A DNA stretch of 64,000 nucleotides from Narcine bancroftii (Eukaryota), in the NCBI RefSeq assembly GCF_036971445.1, contig NC_091470.1:189720001-189784000 (forward strand). Reading direction: 5' to 3'. The notes below the pieces were generated by a model. The model did not search any database. It was not told where the DNA came from and saw only the letters and a program-made list of their open reading frames with translations. Positions 61,614-64,000 of this stretch are shown here, in pieces; the first letter of the stretch is position 1; each line of letters opens with the position of its first letter. The position numbers and the translations under genes were made by a program.

Positions 61614-62360
61614 TGTTACGGAGACCAGAGGACCCCAAAAACCACCAGCAATTGATATGCACCACAAAACCAGGGTTACTTAAACAAAAATAGTTTTTAA
61701 TTATGTTTGAACAAGAAAACAGAATTGAACTTTAACTTATTACTTAACCTACCTAACTACTTAACTCCCCTGTCTAATATTAAGCGCAAGTGTGTGTAAT
61801 GTATATTTAAGATTAGAAAAGTTCTTTGGATCACAGTCCAGTCTCACTGGTTGCAGGCAATTCTTGTACTGTGCACAGAAGTTAGCATGAACAAAGTTCA
61901 CCAGTCTTTGGTGCTTAATAGGCAAATGGTTACCACTCAGGAGGGTTCTTGTTGGTTTTCAGAGAGAGATTCCTTTTCCAGGACATCTACAACTGATTCC
62001 TTCTCAATCAGTCTTGCTGATGAAATTTGCCCCCTTCAGAGTTCTCCAGATGGTCCTCCTTTTAGGTCACATTTCAGACAGCCAGTCTTCTCCTTTGACC
62101 AGACAGTATTCCAAAAGTTTATCAGTTTTGTCCTTCTGGAACTGAATTCTCACTGTTTCACACCCTCCCGCTCTACGAGCAAAACTGTTCTCTCTCTGCC
62201 TGCAAAGATCACGTACTACCAGGCAAGCTGCTGTTGATACTTGGTTGCCTCCTGCAAACAGCATTCTGGAAAAGTCCTGCAAATATTCTATGTTTTAAAA
62301 TGTGTGTGTGCAAGCTGCTCTAACAATTCTTCCCAAACCTCCTCTAAATACTCTGTCACA
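61614..62360 (-). mobile_element. Solo LTR of the Gmr1-type Gypsy family (747 bp)
   Basis: TG...CA termini and near-TSD CAGT/CGGT. Homologous to the LTRs at 19070, 44928-45597 and 54984-56040. Confidence 0.9.
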
Positions 62361-62640
62361 CGGTGAACCAGTGGCCGGTTAAGGAATCTGTTTTTGCTGT
62401 TCACACTGGGCCACTGATAACCGGTTCTCTGTGTCCTTTCACACTCATCACTTCCCCAGGGATAGGGGATTCTCTCCTCCACTGGTGACGTCTGAGTGAC
62501 ACATCGCGCGACGGTGGACCTGCCCTAAATCCTGATCAATGTATCATGATCTCGTATTTAAACCAAATTAATCCTGCCGAATTATAACGTAATGAAGGAT
62601 TACGTACAGCACAGTCTGATTCCTTCAGACCCAGTTGTTG

Positions 62641-62869
62641 TGCTGACCTATGTAAACCTTTACAAACTTATAAAGTACTGTGGGAAAATGGTAGCGGCAA
62701 GAGCAGACAGTTTATAAAGACCTTGGTAAAGAGCAATGGTGGACCTGTCCTCCCAGAATTCTGTGCAGCAGAGAAAAGGCTGAATGCACGGAACACTTGT
62801 GGGGGGGGGGGGGTGGGGTGTGGGTATTTCTCTGCCGCACAGAATTCTGGGAGGGCAGGTCCGCCATCG

Positions 62870-62910
<41 letters not shown>

Positions 62911-62966
62911 ACTGCGACTTTCCCATGGTCCTTCAGAAATTTATAAAGGTTTATATAGGTCGGCAA
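62641..62966. repeat. Imperfect fold-back (inverted repeat) element
   Basis: Outer arms TGCTGACCTATGTAAACCTTTA../..TAAAGGTTTATATAGGTCGGCA. Inner arms GGACCTGTCCTCCCAGAATTCTGTGCAGCAGAGAAA/TTTCTCTGCCGCACAGAATTCTGGGAGGGCAGGTCC. Confidence 0.8.
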
Positions 62967-63319
62967 AGTTTATACCTTTTTAATCTTTTGTTTCCTTCAT
63001 GTTCCGGCTCTCGTGCAAAAACGTCATCAACGCATCATTACTTTGTCCCTGGATAGTAAGTGTCCCTTTCACATTGGGCTAATTGGCACACAGGTGTCAG
63101 ATGACCCCAGGGATGATACTACCTACCTTGGTGGTACATCCCCGGTGCGATTTGAACCCTGCGTGCTGATTAAGGAGGTGTCATGCTGAACCCTTAAATT
63201 GGGCCGTTAACTATTAGGACAAGGTGCCAGTGTGAAAGGGGCTTTTGGCTTGAGATCCTTCATGAGGAAGAGCTCGCTTCCAGTGAGGTAATTTAATCAT
63301 TTAATTCAATTAGGAGTAG

Positions 63320-64000
63320 GTACGGGAGTCAGGTGGGGCAGTGAATCGCTCCGATTGCAGGATGTGGGGAATCTGGGGCAGCGTAATTGTCCCTGATGAC
63401 AGCAGCTGGAGAAGGTGCATCCAGCTGCAGCTCCTGGGAGACCGAATTAGGGAAATGGAGCTGGAGATGGATGAACTCTGGTTCATTCAATAGGCAGAGG
63501 GGGTGATAGAGAGGAGCTTCAGGGAGACAGTCACCCCCAGAAGTCAGGAGGGAGGTAGCTGGGTGACAGTCAGTAGAGAAAGGGAAAGGATAAAGAGAGC
63601 AGAGCATCCCTGTGGCCATTCCCATCAACAATAAGTGTACTGTTTTGGATAATTTTGGTGGGGACGACCTACCAGGGGCAAGTTGTCGTGGTCACGTCTC
63701 TGGACCCCCAGGAAGGAAGGAAGGAAGGAGGGAGGAGAGGAGAGCAGTAGTGATTGGGGATTCGATAGTTAGGGGAACAGATAAGAGGTTCTGTGGGAGA
63801 GAGCGGGAATCCTGGATAGCCTGTTGCTTCCCTGGTGCCAGGGTCCACAATATTTCGGACTGAGTTCTCAGTATTCTCAGGAGGGAGGGTGAGCAGCCAG
63901 ATATCGTGGTCCATGTAGGGACATGACGTGGGTAGGAAGTCCTGCAAAGTGAGTTTAGGGAGTTGGGTGCGAAGTTGAAGGGCAGATCATCCAGGGTTGC
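63320..64000 (+). mobile_element. CR1 LINE ORF1 region with SGNH/GDSL esterase domain, degenerate, runs off the window end
   Basis: AVVIGDSIVRGTDKRFCG..CCFPGARV, followed by IVVHVGT. Confidence 0.82.

Overview
Vertebrate genomic DNA, most likely from a cartilaginous fish (inferred from the shark/ray-type MHC class I leader and domain sequences and the V-SINE/CR1/Penelope repeat set). There are two host genes, divergently oriented 11.7 kb apart. The first is an intronless cytosolic HSP70 pseudogene (- strand, 28260-30181) with an early stop and a frameshift, but with HSE/CCAAT promoter elements retained. The second is an MHC class I heavy-chain gene (+ strand): leader 41850-41898, alpha1 56326-56586, alpha2 57028-57301, alpha3 60224-60486, TM 61017-61121. 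The class I gene has a tandemly duplicated S-X-Y promoter module behind an ISRE and keeps 8 of the 9 classical peptide-anchoring residues. Two of its splice junctions are out of phase by 1 nt inside homopolymer runs, so it is either a pseudogene or mis-assembled. Introns 1-3 are filled with distinct GC-rich minisatellites, two of which are amplified branch-point/pyrimidine-tract units with almost no AG. The rest of the window is nested retroelements: two Gmr1-type Gypsy elements (integrase before RT) plus solo LTRs, RTE LINEs with swapped GC-repeat 5' ends, L1s, CR1, Rex-Babar, Penelope, SINEs and a hAT remnant. Several insertions have readable target-site duplications (TSDs). No CRISPR or prokaryotic features were found.
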